Positions 10,945 through 21,154 of a stretch of DNA of 64,000 bases are shown piece after piece. Where the stretch lies: NCBI GenBank assembly GCA_963713605.1, contig CAVQMO010000010.1, forward strand, positions 64,001-128,000, in the 5' to 3' direction. The notes under the pieces are model-generated. The model saw nothing but the letters and a program-made list of their open reading frames with translations. It was not told the DNA's origin and did not search any database. The translations under genes and the position numbers were made by a program. This stretch comes from an uncultured Nitrososphaerales archaeon. GTDB taxonomy: Archaea; Thermoproteota; Nitrososphaeria; Nitrososphaerales; Nitrososphaeraceae. Every line of letters starts with the position of its first letter. The stretch's first letter is position 1.

Positions 10945-11546
10945 ATGAACATGAACAAACCAATCTTCACGGTTTTTCTTGTTACAATGTACGTTTGTTT
11001 TTCATTATCTTCAACAGTGCATGTACACGCCCAACAACGCGGTACCATCTCTGCCATTCAAGCCACTGCTCTACCTCTTGTTAATTCAGAGGGAAATCAA
11101 GTGAAACTCATTATAAATTACAGCATTGGGGATGAATCAATAGTAGGGCAGAAAATAAACGCCGTTATGGGTATTTACAATCGTATAAATGGTACATTAA
11201 TAAAACTATCATCTTTTCCTGATGGTATTATCTTAAATAATACAGCGGGCACAATCCAGCTTGCAAGTACACTAACTGACCCCAAAATACAGAATATATC
11301 GACTATTGTAACACTTACCAATGCGGATAAGTCTGAAAAGTATCTAATGATGTTAGATCGGATCTTGATCTCAGTGCCATACTACCTACCTCCCTGCCAG
11401 TATCAACATTTAATGAGACTTTAGCATCACCAACATCTGCGCCACCACCGTTGCCACCACAACAATCACCACAGCTACCATCAGCTTCAACAGAGAATGA
11501 TGGAGAAGACTTTGATGATTCTAGTTCTAATTCAGACGATGAATAG
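10945..11546 (+). CDS. Secreted protein with Pro-rich and acidic tail; frameshift at ~11345
   Basis: Signal peptide, several N-x-S/T sequons, shifted frame gives LASPTSAPPPLPPQQSP..EDFDDSSSNSDDE*. Confidence 0.7.
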
Positions 11547-11660
11547 ATTGGCGAGTTGCCGTCTGTGCTATATGATTTGAAGACGCTTACCGATTGTTAT
11601 AGTTTTTTATAAATTTGTGATGTTGAAGTTACCTCGAACTTCAACAGTCTCTTTTCATAT

Positions 11661-11828
11661 ATCTCTCGTTATGAAGATGAATATACAGAGCAATTAGAAA
11701 AGCTGATCAATGCAAAAGCAAAAGGAAAGGCACATTTAATAAAGCAGACTACAAAAGTCCCCGAAACAAACACACAAGATTTGATAACTGCTTTGAAGGC
11801 GAGTTTAGCTATTAACCTATTCAACTGA
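11661..11828 (+). pseudogene. ku: C-terminal fragment of Ku (NHEJ end-binding) protein
   Basis: ISRYEDEYTEQLEKLINAKAKGK...QDLITALKASL fits the prokaryotic Ku tail pattern Y.D.Y...L..LI..K..G...DL..AL..SL. Confidence 0.7.
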
Positions 11829-11853
11829 AAAACATCAAATATAAAATCGAAAC

Positions 11854-12339
11854 TCATATGAATGAGCAGGATCGATCGCAAATCATGATAGTATCAAATA
11901 TTTGATGTCCATTGTCCAAAAATGAAGAGAAATCGAATTCTCCTCGTAATAGTAAACTCATATCATTTAAATCGTTTACCATGAATTGTGCAAATTCGGA
12001 TAGCTCTTGTTCTGTAAGATGTTCGATAGCCTGAGTTATCAATACCTTGGGTCCATAATACATCTAAGACTCATGGGTAACTGAATGCCAGTCCAGATGG
12101 TCCTTGATTATTTGGTTAATCCTTGTGTTTAAACTCACCTGTTCGGTTTCAGATTCATATTGCAATTGGTCAATATTCTCCGCAGGGATTTTGATTGTCA
12201 CTGGTTCGCCAAGATTTTCTGATAAATCATCTTCCAGGATATACTTTTTGCTGTTTCTGGAACGGTTCTTACTTTGGAAATTTGAAGTATAATTAAAAAC
12301 GTGATATTTATTCATCTCATTGAGCGAATAGCTGGACAT
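11854..12339 (-). pseudogene. Hypothetical protein with RHH-like N-terminus; in-frame stop at 12064-12066 and truncated
   Basis: VTIKIPAENIDQLQYESETEQVSLNTRINQIIKDHLDWH continues in the same frame after TAG. Confidence 0.6.
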
Positions 12340-13544
12340 TTCATCTATTCATGCGCGTTATGGCTAATAAGACTTACAACTAGTTGATAAATGGGAGATC
12401 TCTGCCATATCAGATTCCGATATTAAGTTTAGAACCTCATATCACCTACCTGTTGTGCACCTGAGATCAAATATTTTTCTTTCGTCGCCGTATTTATAAG
12501 AAAAATCAGAAGATGGATTAAATGTGTCAATCATGATCCCATTTGGAAACCTGCGTCTATCAATGGAGCAGCGGAAACACATTTTAAATAATTTGTTTCC
12601 TTTAACACAGTATGAGTCAGTCTTTATCAGTTAAAGTCATGCCTATACTTCTGATAGCACTAAATAGTATGGATCCGAGATTCCGTGATGAGCTATCTAA
12701 TAACGATTGCCAATAAAATATATTGCAACTGGTATTAGTATTTTCTCGTTTTGCATTTACAGTACTAGAAGAAATCTTTGTTGTTTGCAATAAGTCATAT
12801 ACTAAATTAAGCCTAATCATTTCAAAGATTTTGATTTTAATCTTAGTTTTTATTAGTTATCATGTGTATCGATATTATCATGTGCATATTCCAGAGTGCT
12901 AGAAGAACCTGATATTTTTATGCATTCATTTAGATGCTCATGAAAAGCTTACTAATATTCTAATCTGGCAATTCCGGTACGTATCGACTAGAAGAAAGTC
13001 TCTATAGCTTGAGTTTTATGGAGAGAACAATTCAATTTAGATTCAAATTACATAATTAGGTATACACACTGGCAGAATACTGACTGTAATGGTTTTATTG
13101 AATATTGTACAGCATACGGCGTCAAGAGAAATTCTGACATGTTCATCAAAACATAGTCAATGTGTAGACTCTTCCCATCGACTTCTGTCTTTCGTCCGTA
13201 AGTCATCATCAAGATTATGACCATCTACTTGTCATCATCAACTATTTAGTGTGGGCGACCTAAAGCTAGAGCTAGTTATAATACTTTTATTCAATGTTGC
13301 TTATTATTAAATGGGAGTATCCAATCTCAACCCCATGAGCGATCAAGTTGGTGGCCCGCCCAAACAACCACCAACTATGATCAGATTAATTAGTAGCCGA
13401 TGACTAGATTGCGTTTTTCATCTTATTGAAAACAGATGTTGCACCATTCTTTACATCATTACATCATGTATACCTGTCTAGTTTTGTATTTTCTTTAATT
13501 TCATGTCCGATAAACTCGGCTCATTATCTCGTGCCCAACATATT

Positions 13545-13644
13545 GAGCACCTTTTTTAACCCGGTCATTCTTTCTTAGCTAGTTCTATTCGATATTACAT
13601 AAGAAATAATGCAAAAAATAGTATTGACATGTATATCAAGATCG
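13545..13644 (+). repeat. ~100 bp non-coding repeat (inverted partner 31780-31876)
   Basis: GAGCACCTTT..TAACCCGGTCATTC..TTAGCTAGTT..TGCAAAAAA..GTATTGAC..AAGATCG matches the reverse complement. Confidence 0.85.
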
Positions 13645-13660
13645 ATGAAATGTGATCGAA

Positions 13661-13951
13661 CTATTGACTTACAAGTACAAGATGGTTGTTAAATTCAAAA
13701 GCCAAACTTGCCTGATTTAATTTTATCCTTATCTTGTCTGCGAAGTTGATAATCTTTTCTTTATCAATTTCATCTGTATGTACTTCCACTCTTGTATATT
13801 TCACTGGCTCAAGTTTTCCTTTGAAGTATCCATCAAATTCAATAAGTGACATATTTCCGTATTCATCTGCAATTGTTCGAACTATTTCTGAATATCCCTC
13901 TAGTCGCGGAAGATAAAACTTTACTGAGTTTTGGAGAATTTTTATCTGCAT
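13661..13951 (-). CDS. Hypothetical protein
   Basis: Clean 96-aa ORF ending KLNQASLAFEFNNHLVLV. Confidence 0.7.
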   Translation of the reverse strand: MQIKILQNSVKFYLPRLEGYSEIVRTIADEYGNMSLIEFDGYFKGKLEPVKYTRVEVHTDEIDKEKIINFADKIRIKLNQASLAFEFNNHLVLVSQ

Positions 13952-14068
13952 TCGTTGGTATTATATATGTCACGACTTATATTCTTGAATTAGCTGTTGA
14001 CAACATCTACTGTCAGGATTGCAGAAAGAGGCATTCAGATTTATCTATCAAGGAGTAGATTCTGTTAA

Positions 14069-15670
14069 GTGAGGTCGAATTCCTTACAATTCTCATCAGA
14101 ATATGACGCCATAATTATTGGTGCGGGTCATAATGGCTTAACTTGCGGATGCTATCTCGCAAAGGCAGGCCTTAGAGTATTGGTACTAGAAGAATATCAT
14201 GATATTGGTGGAATGACGATAACCGAGGAAATTACACTTCCTGGGTTCAAGTCTGATATACACGCATTTGGTTATCAGCTCGCAAACACTTCTCCCGTAC
14301 CAAAGGAATTGGGTCTTGACAGATTTGGATTTGAGCTAATTTATCCAGAAATATCTTTCTCCCATATCTTTCCAGATGGCCAATATATCTCAATGTATAG
14401 ATCACTTCAGAAGACGATCAAAAGCATTCAGAAATTTTCAGTTAAAGATGCCCAAACTTGGCGTACATTATTTAACAAATATTTAGTAGATCGAGAAAAA
14501 ATTTTTTCTTCTATAAATTCACCTCCTAGCTATTTAGATATTTCTTCGGCCATAGAATATCGTAAACAGCTTCAATCCATGCGTTCATGGTGTGATGAAA
14601 ATTTTGAAACAGATGAAGTAAAAGTTTTATTCGGAACCTCTGCATCATTTGTGGGCCTATCTCCCAACGATGCTGGAGGAGGAGAGCTATGTCATATATT
14701 TGCGGCTATTGCACAGGACAAAGGTAACAACGTTGTAAGAGGCGGTTTTGTTAACCTCCCTCTGGCCCTTGCTAGATTCATTGAATCTAAAGGTGGAGAT
14801 ATAATAACTAATGCAAGTGTTACTAAAATTATCATTGATAATAGCAGAGCTGTTGGCGTCGGTTTGGCCAACGGTAAGAATATCTCGGCAAGAAAATTAG
14901 TAGTTTCTAGTATTGATCCATCTACACTAATACTTAATCTTATTGGGGAAGACTATATTGACTCGAGCATTATAAAAGATATTAAAAGAATTGAATGGGG
15001 AGATTCAGTTTTTGGGATTTACTTGGCTCTTAATGGAAATCTAAAATATAGGTAGATCAGGAGGAGGTTGGTAGCTCATCTCAGATTCATCTTTCTCCAC
15101 CCTCACTTGAATATTTTTCAAAGGCTTTCTATGAATCTAGAAGTGGAATAATCCCAAATAACCCACCATTTATACTTAGTAATGAATCAATAATTAATCC
15201 CACCAGGATATCTTCCCAAAAACGAGAAAATAGGCAACTTGTTAAAATCCTCATACCAAGTGTACCATATGATATAAGAGATTCTGGTCCAATTCATAAT
15301 GACCATAATAGCAATCCTGTAAAAATAAAATGGCCAAACATTCAGGAACAGTCCAGCAATCATATCATTGATATTATTGCAGACAGTTATATTCTAAATT
15401 TAAAGGATATTATCTTGAAGGAAGTGTCATACTCTCCCGTAGACTATGAAAAAAGGCTAGCCACCTGTGTTAAAGGGACACTTTCATGTGGAGCTGTTTT
15501 GCCATATCAATCAGGATCAATGCGTCCTGTACCTCAGTTAAGCAATTACAAAATTCCTTCTCTTAGGAATGTATATTTGTGCGGATCAGGAAGTCATCCA
15601 GGTCCAGGCGTTTCAATGGCACCAGGGAGAAATGCGAGCACAAGTTATATTAAGTGATTTAGAAAAATGA
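14069..15670 (+). CDS. NAD(P)/FAD-dependent oxidoreductase, phytoene dehydrogenase-like; several frameshifts
   Basis: YDAIIIGAGHNGLTCGCYLAKAGLRVLVLE; C-terminal NVYLCGSGSHPGPGVSMAPGRNA. Confidence 0.9.
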
Positions 15671-15709
15671 TTTTAAAAACTTGACGATGTCATAATCAGT
15701 CAGACACTC

Positions 15710-15964
15710 GCACATCATTTAGATGCAATGCGTGGTCTGCCAGATGTGTCGTTTATTCTACTGGACGAAGCTGACTTTTTTCCACCAGGACAGCAACAAG
15801 ACGCCAGAGATGTATTAGATGTGGCTATTACACTAGGGCTCAAGTCTGAAGAAGCACTACGTTATCATCAAGAATATTTTATGCTTCTCGGATCTACCGA
15901 ATTCACTAAGGTTTACCTCCAGATCAAGGATAACTCTTGCGTGTACGGACACTACTATCTATAA
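15710..15964 (+). pseudogene. Chimeric relic: terminase-like ATPase Walker B segment fused to a 133-bp copy of the HTH/coiled-coil gene
   Basis: HHLDAMRGLPDVSFILLDEADFFPPGQQQDARDV, then 15815-15947 matches 1987-2119. Confidence 0.75.
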
Positions 15965-15972
15965 ATGGTTCA

Positions 15973-16001
15973 TGGCTGATCTGCTACGGATAGATCAGCC
16001 A
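15973..16001 (+). other. Stable hairpin with C(UACG)G-type loop
   Basis: TGGCTGATCT-G-CTACGG-AT-AGATCAGCCA, 10-bp perfect stem. Confidence 0.6.
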
Positions 16002-16269
16002 GTTTCAGAACAGTAAATGCAAGGTACCAATCTAGAACAGTAAATACAAATTACCAATCATGAAATACACCGTTGTAGCCTGAAACAGACAGATATCCGG
16101 AGACTTTTTCAGAAAATTAGGGTCTCTTTTGAGAAGAAAATAAGTTATACGCTACAATGAAAATAATAATACCTATGACAAATACAGTAATCGTAATCGC
16201 CTGCTCTAGGAAAATTGATTATAGAAGTTCCACTACTTCTAGCCACACATAAAGTTAGAAAAAGAGATT

Positions 16270-17025
16270 TTAATTAGAATTCTCTAATTTCCATTCCCTA
16301 TACTCATCACATTTTGGATGATTTGGTTCAACATCATCATGACATAGATAACCTGGAGCATAACAGTTGTTGCCTCTACCATCAGGTCTATCGGTTACTA
16401 GTATGAACTAAAATCGATCATAGTTATCATCAGAACTCACTTGCCAGGGTTGACATCCCTCATCATTTGGATAACATTGATCCTGTCTCATCATCATCGG
16501 TACCTATGATATCCTTCAGGACATCCTCCTCTGATTTAAAAGGAAGCAATAATCATCTTCATTTGTTGCAAAACCTTCAGGGCATTCATCACGGGCAGTC
16601 TCATTCATGTTGGGAAATGATTGACATTTTATCTGATATACATCAAAAAGACAACTCTCGTCAGGTCCACCTGTTTTTGCATATTCAAAATATTCTTCAC
16701 TTCCTGGAACATTTCTGCAGTACTCATAGGTATCGGTTAGATCGTCGAACTCTTGGCAGAATTTTATTGGATTGTGTTCCCTACTCAAACAATTAGTTGG
16801 ATTTGTATTATTAGGAAATTGCTCAGTTCTCTCTGTTGAATTATACAGGTCGCAGAACAGTATACCTGTTGCTCCCTGTCCTCCATTACACAAAAAGTCG
16901 TAGTCGGTTCTCTCTTCACATTCTTCCTGCTCTTCTGGTTCATCATCATAGTCTACTATTGTCGCAAATGCTGTCAAGGGTGTCCCTAACAACATAACTA
17001 TCATAACGATTATTGATATATACAT
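16270..17025 (-). CDS. Secreted Cys-rich acidic protein, type A copy 1 (frameshifted in 3' part)
   Basis: MYISIIV signal; DESCLFDVYQIKC..ECPEGFATNEDDYCF..DDETG..YLCHDDV..HPKCDEYREWKLENSN*. Confidence 0.8.
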
Positions 17026-17077
17026 AGTGTATAGTATTGTATTTGTTATATATATTAGAAATTAGAAAAAGAGATTT

Positions 17078-17856
17078 TTAATCAGTTTGAGTTGCGGTAC
17101 AATATGGATACTCAGGTCTTACATAACCTTCATCATCGCATATGTCACCGATTGTTTTACAGAATACCGGACTGTTCCACTTGAGGCAGTATTTTTCAGG
17201 GTTGGTTTCTTGAGGACATATGATATTTGGACGGGGATCACCCGCTCCCGAACACTTACTGACATTGTAATCTCTGTTAATTTGTTGGTAGCATTATGCA
17301 GAAATTCTATACAACCTACATTATCTGGATTGATCAGGACAATAATTCCTCTTGTATACACATAGTAATTCAGAATTAGATGGTGTAGTACGAGTTTCGC
17401 AGCCCATTGATATACACCTACATAGCCGTCACCAATACCATTCGAATTCGTTAATTCCATCATGTATTTCTTGATTGAAAGGTATACCTGCTTACCGTCT
17501 TCTCTTCCAGAATCGTGAGAGGTGAAATCATTCTTGCCTTTTAGTGCTTCATAATCTTCTATCTCTACTGGATTATTGATTAGTTCACCGCATTCTTTTT
17601 CTGAACGTAGTTGAATCCTCAAAGCCTATAGCCGACGTGAAATTGTATAGATCGTTATACTCTATGCATTCCTTAGCTCTGTAACAATCGTACTTTCAAG
17701 CAAATCCAGAATCGTAGCCATTTACCAAAGATAAATATTCTTCTACTGTAGCATATCCGCCTGAATCGCCTCTTATACCTGTTGCAAATACAATTGCCGT
17801 TATGTTGACATTGTTATTAATAATGCAAATATTATTACGATTGCTGATATATACAC
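17078..17856 (-). pseudogene. Secreted Cys-rich protein, type B copy 1 (degenerate)
   Basis: GTG-YIS leader, GYDSGFA then in-frame TGA; NNPVEIEDYEAL; CIEFLHNATNK; RPEYPYC. Confidence 0.8.
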
Positions 17857-18009
17857 AGTGTATAGTTCTGTATATGTTATATATTATGTAAGCTAACGCT
17901 ACACTCAAAAGAAACAACACCTAGAACAACACCAATACTGGTACCACCTGAACTAGGAAAGCTGATTACAGAACTAACCGCAAAACTAATTAATTTCTAA
18001 GATTTTTAA

Positions 18010-18501
18010 TCAGTTCTGATTTCTTTTCGCTTCTAAGTATTCTTTACACTCTAAACGCCCTGGTTCTTCATCACACAAATAACTTGGGCTAGCACATCTA
18101 TCGCCTTCACCTTGACCTTCACCTTCTAGCAATATGTAGTTGAATCGTTCACCGCCTATTATTGTATAACTATCTTCACATCCTCCCTCATCGCTCTTAT
18201 AGCATTGACCTGTCTCATCATCATCTGCACTAAAGTATCCTTCAGGACATCCTTCTTCTCGATGAATAGGGAATGTAGAATCTTCATTACCTGCAAAATC
18301 TTCAGGACATTCTTGCTCTGCATTTAGTTGATATACATTAAAGAGGCAGCTTTCATCTGGATCGAAATCTTCGTTTAATGGAGGTCTTTGGAACTGCGTA
18401 TGTTCTTCTGTAAATAACTCAGATTCAGAAGAACTAGCTAAAGCCAGTGTCTGAAGTGGTATTAATAGCAATGTTGCTATTACGATTGCTGATATATACA
18501 T
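18010..18501 (-). CDS. Secreted Cys-rich acidic protein, type A copy 2
   Basis: MYISAIV signal at 18501; DESCLFNVYQ..ECPEDFAGNED..GCPEGYFSADDDETGQCY..YLCDEEP. Confidence 0.85.
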   Translation of the reverse strand: MYISAIVIATLLLIPLQTLALASSSESELFTEEHTQFQRPPLNEDFDPDESCLFNVYQLNAEQECPEDFAGNEDSTFPIHREEGCPEGYFSADDDETGQCYKSDEGGCEDSYTIIGGERFNYILLEGEGQGEGDRCASPSYLCDEEPGRLECKEYLEAKRNQN

Positions 18502-18735
18502 GATATATAATTGTGTATATGTTATATGGTATAAGCTAATATTACAATGAAAATAACAACACCGAGCACAGTAAGCTGTTTGCTCCCCAGTCAATATCCG
18601 CACATTCAAGAATAAGTGCACAGTCTATTTACAGGCTTTTCATTAGCCTCACAGCTTTCTACTAGCTGCTCTTTCACACATTCCATACTCCAACAACTCG
18701 CTAAGGTAACTGCTATAAGTATAATTATTATCATA

Positions 18736-18926
18736 TCAAAGAAGGAACTTCCTGGCACATTCCATTGCTTTGTCAGGATCGAAGGGCATACAATCGTCTT
18801 CTTCTAGTATACATCTTTCATCATCGCAATCATCAGGAGGTATTGTTGAATTAGTTGCTAAAGCAGCGTGATGGGACTGCTAAAAAGAGAAGAGCGATAA
18901 ATATTGCTATCATCATTATCATCATC
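18736..18926 (-). pseudogene. Short secreted Cys/acidic protein relic
   Basis: Hydrophobic leader, then (shifted) AALATNSTIPPDDCDDERCILEEDDCMPFDPDKAMECARKFLL*. Confidence 0.5.
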
Positions 18927-19196
18927 CAAATCTCCTATCCATCCATCTATCGAATTCTATGACTGCCAAAGAATTTTGAGTTTCAAATAGTCTCTTATCC
19001 CATGCAATATTTCAACCTCTTCAATAAACAACCAAACCAGTTCAAAGTCTGGCATTATTCCAATGGAGAGTGTTTATTTTGACATCTTTCTATCTTAACT
19101 CCAATGTCTTTTTGCTAAAACTGTTGGAGGCTTTATTTAGGTATAGTGTATTCTCTTTCATCTCAGCATCTGGGGTATACTGTATTCTCTTTCTAG

Positions 19197-19933
19197 TCAT
19201 TTGCAATATGGATATTCAGGTCTTACAAAACCACCTTCATCACAGATATCTCCAATTGTTCTACAGAAGACTGGATCATTGTGGTTGAGGCAATATTTTT
19301 CTGGATTGCTTTCTTGCTGGCATAAAATTTGGGTTGCACGGACAATCTGATGTATTTTCATTATTTTGATAAGGATATTTATTGGTAGCATTATGTAAGA
19401 ATTCCGTGCATGCTACGATATCTGGATGGTTAGGACAATAATAATCCTCTCCTTCCATTCTCAATCCACATTCACTCTCCGTATAAAGTGTTTGACAGCC
19501 GAATTCGTATCCCTCTCTGTAACCACTAGCAGCATCACTGCATCCACCGGCTCTTTCTTTATCGAAAGGCTTATCCTTTTTAGCGTTATCTTTTCCTTCG
19601 TTATAACAGCTTTTTCTATTTTCTTCCTGTAATGCTTCGAAATCTTCTATCTCTACCGGATTATTCATTATCTCAATGCATTGTTGTTCTGTACGTGGAG
19701 CACTCTCACAAGCATAAGTCCACATTTGGTTATAATTATCGCCATGATCTATACATTCCCTAGCTCTTATCGCTATCATACTTTCCAGCAAAACCGGAGT
19801 CATAACCATCTACCCAACAGTCATGTTCTTCTTGAGTTGCATCATCACCAGAATCAAGTCTAGGACCACTAGCAAATACACTTGCTACAGGTATCGTTAA
19901 GATCAACGCCATCACAATTATTGATATATTCAT
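19197..19933 (-). CDS. Secreted Cys-rich protein, type B copy 2 (frameshifts)
   Basis: MNISIIV signal; DCWVDGYDSGFAGKYD..RARECID; NNPVEIEDFEAL; CTEFLHNATNK; ICDEGGFVRPEYPYCK*. Confidence 0.85.
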
Positions 19934-20767
19934 AGCATAGTATTGTATATGTTGTATATGAAAAGATTAAACATATCAAATCAATACTAACGTAGACCCA
20001 TCTCTTCAAGCATTTTTTGACCAATACATTCACCGATGTATTTTTCTACATCGGTTCGCCACCCACTCCAATTAGTTGACAATCCATTGTCTAGTTTATT
20101 CTCTTCTACCGAGAGTTCATTGGACCAACATTCGCACTTGAGTTCATGTGGCTGCATGTATAGCGTCAATGATTAAAATATATAGTAGTAAAATAGCTAT
20201 AGTTACACCGATACATCTGGCCCAGCTCAGGCCATCGATGGTGGCGTGACCAATGACCTATGGAACCCTGGCTTTCTTCTCGTATTCAGATACCAAGGCA
20301 ATATGACTGAACAATAATTCTATAATACATATTAACACCATTTTAATACAGTCACTTAGTTTATGCATGAAAATGTTGACGAATGGAAGATTGAGATAGA
20401 TATTAACAATATTCATAATGAACTAGATGATTGGGTAGAACGAATAGGTATTTCGAAAACCTAAAGTAGGAAATGGAAAGGATAGTTAGTTTTATAATCA
20501 GGTATCCAAGGTGGAATCGCTTCAATGTATTTGTCAATTATCTTTTCAAGTGTTCCTCTGCTGGCATCATTTAACAAACTTATCATAGTGGTAATTAATA
20601 CTGAAGTTTATAACACCTATACTCAATATCGTATCTATGTAAATCTGCGACCGAGAATTTGTCCAGACTCGCTGCTTCTTCTGTGGCTTCACTTTTATTA
20701 TATTCAGAATTCACATAAACATAGTGACTGAAATTGTTAATAACTTTATTGTGGATATCTATGTAAA

Positions 20768-21041
20768 TATGTCGAAAGTCTCTACCCAAAATATACCTCA
20801 AGAAGCAACAAAACTAAAGAAGTTAGCAAAGGTTACTGTAAGATATATAGAAATGGAAGATTTTAAAGACTCTGATCATCATACTGGATATTTCTGCTAC
20901 AATTGCATATACTTTATGAAACCTAACCATTGTGCTATTGTCACAGATGAAGGACCTGATGCATATGGGACAAGCTCAGGCGAAATAGCACCACATGGAA
21001 TATGTGGGGTATGGGAACCAAATAAAGAAGAGATTCGGTAA
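20768..21041 (+). CDS. HiPIP-like four-Cys iron-sulfur protein (start 20724 or ~20768)
   Basis: VRY..FCYNCIYF....HCAIV....GEIAPHGICGVW resembles the HiPIP pattern CxxC..C..G.I.P.G.C..W. Confidence 0.6.
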
Positions 21042-21115
21042 AACACATAAGCAGAAGGAAATAAATTTCTACTACGAAGATATGCAAAGAATTTTAGAAA
21101 AAATTATATATAATA

Positions 21116-21136
21116 AACACCGTTAGTTAGTAACGG
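21116..21136 (+). promoter_or_regulatory. Palindromic operator candidate between the TATA box and the thermosome start
   Basis: CCGTTA-GTTAG-TAACGG (21120-21136) just downstream of TTATATA. Confidence 0.55.
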
Positions 21137-21154
21137 AGGAGATATATAGAAGGT

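Noticed and set aside
16007..16059. Possible mini-CRISPR
   Set aside because: Only two adjacent repeats, no spacer, no cas genes.
18502..18621. 5' extension of ORF 18010-18621
   Set aside because: The shared MYIS leader and promoter-like DNA place the start at 18501.
16270..19933. Diversity-generating retroelement behind the Cys-rich array
   Set aside because: No reverse transcriptase in the window, and differences between copies are not adenine-specific.
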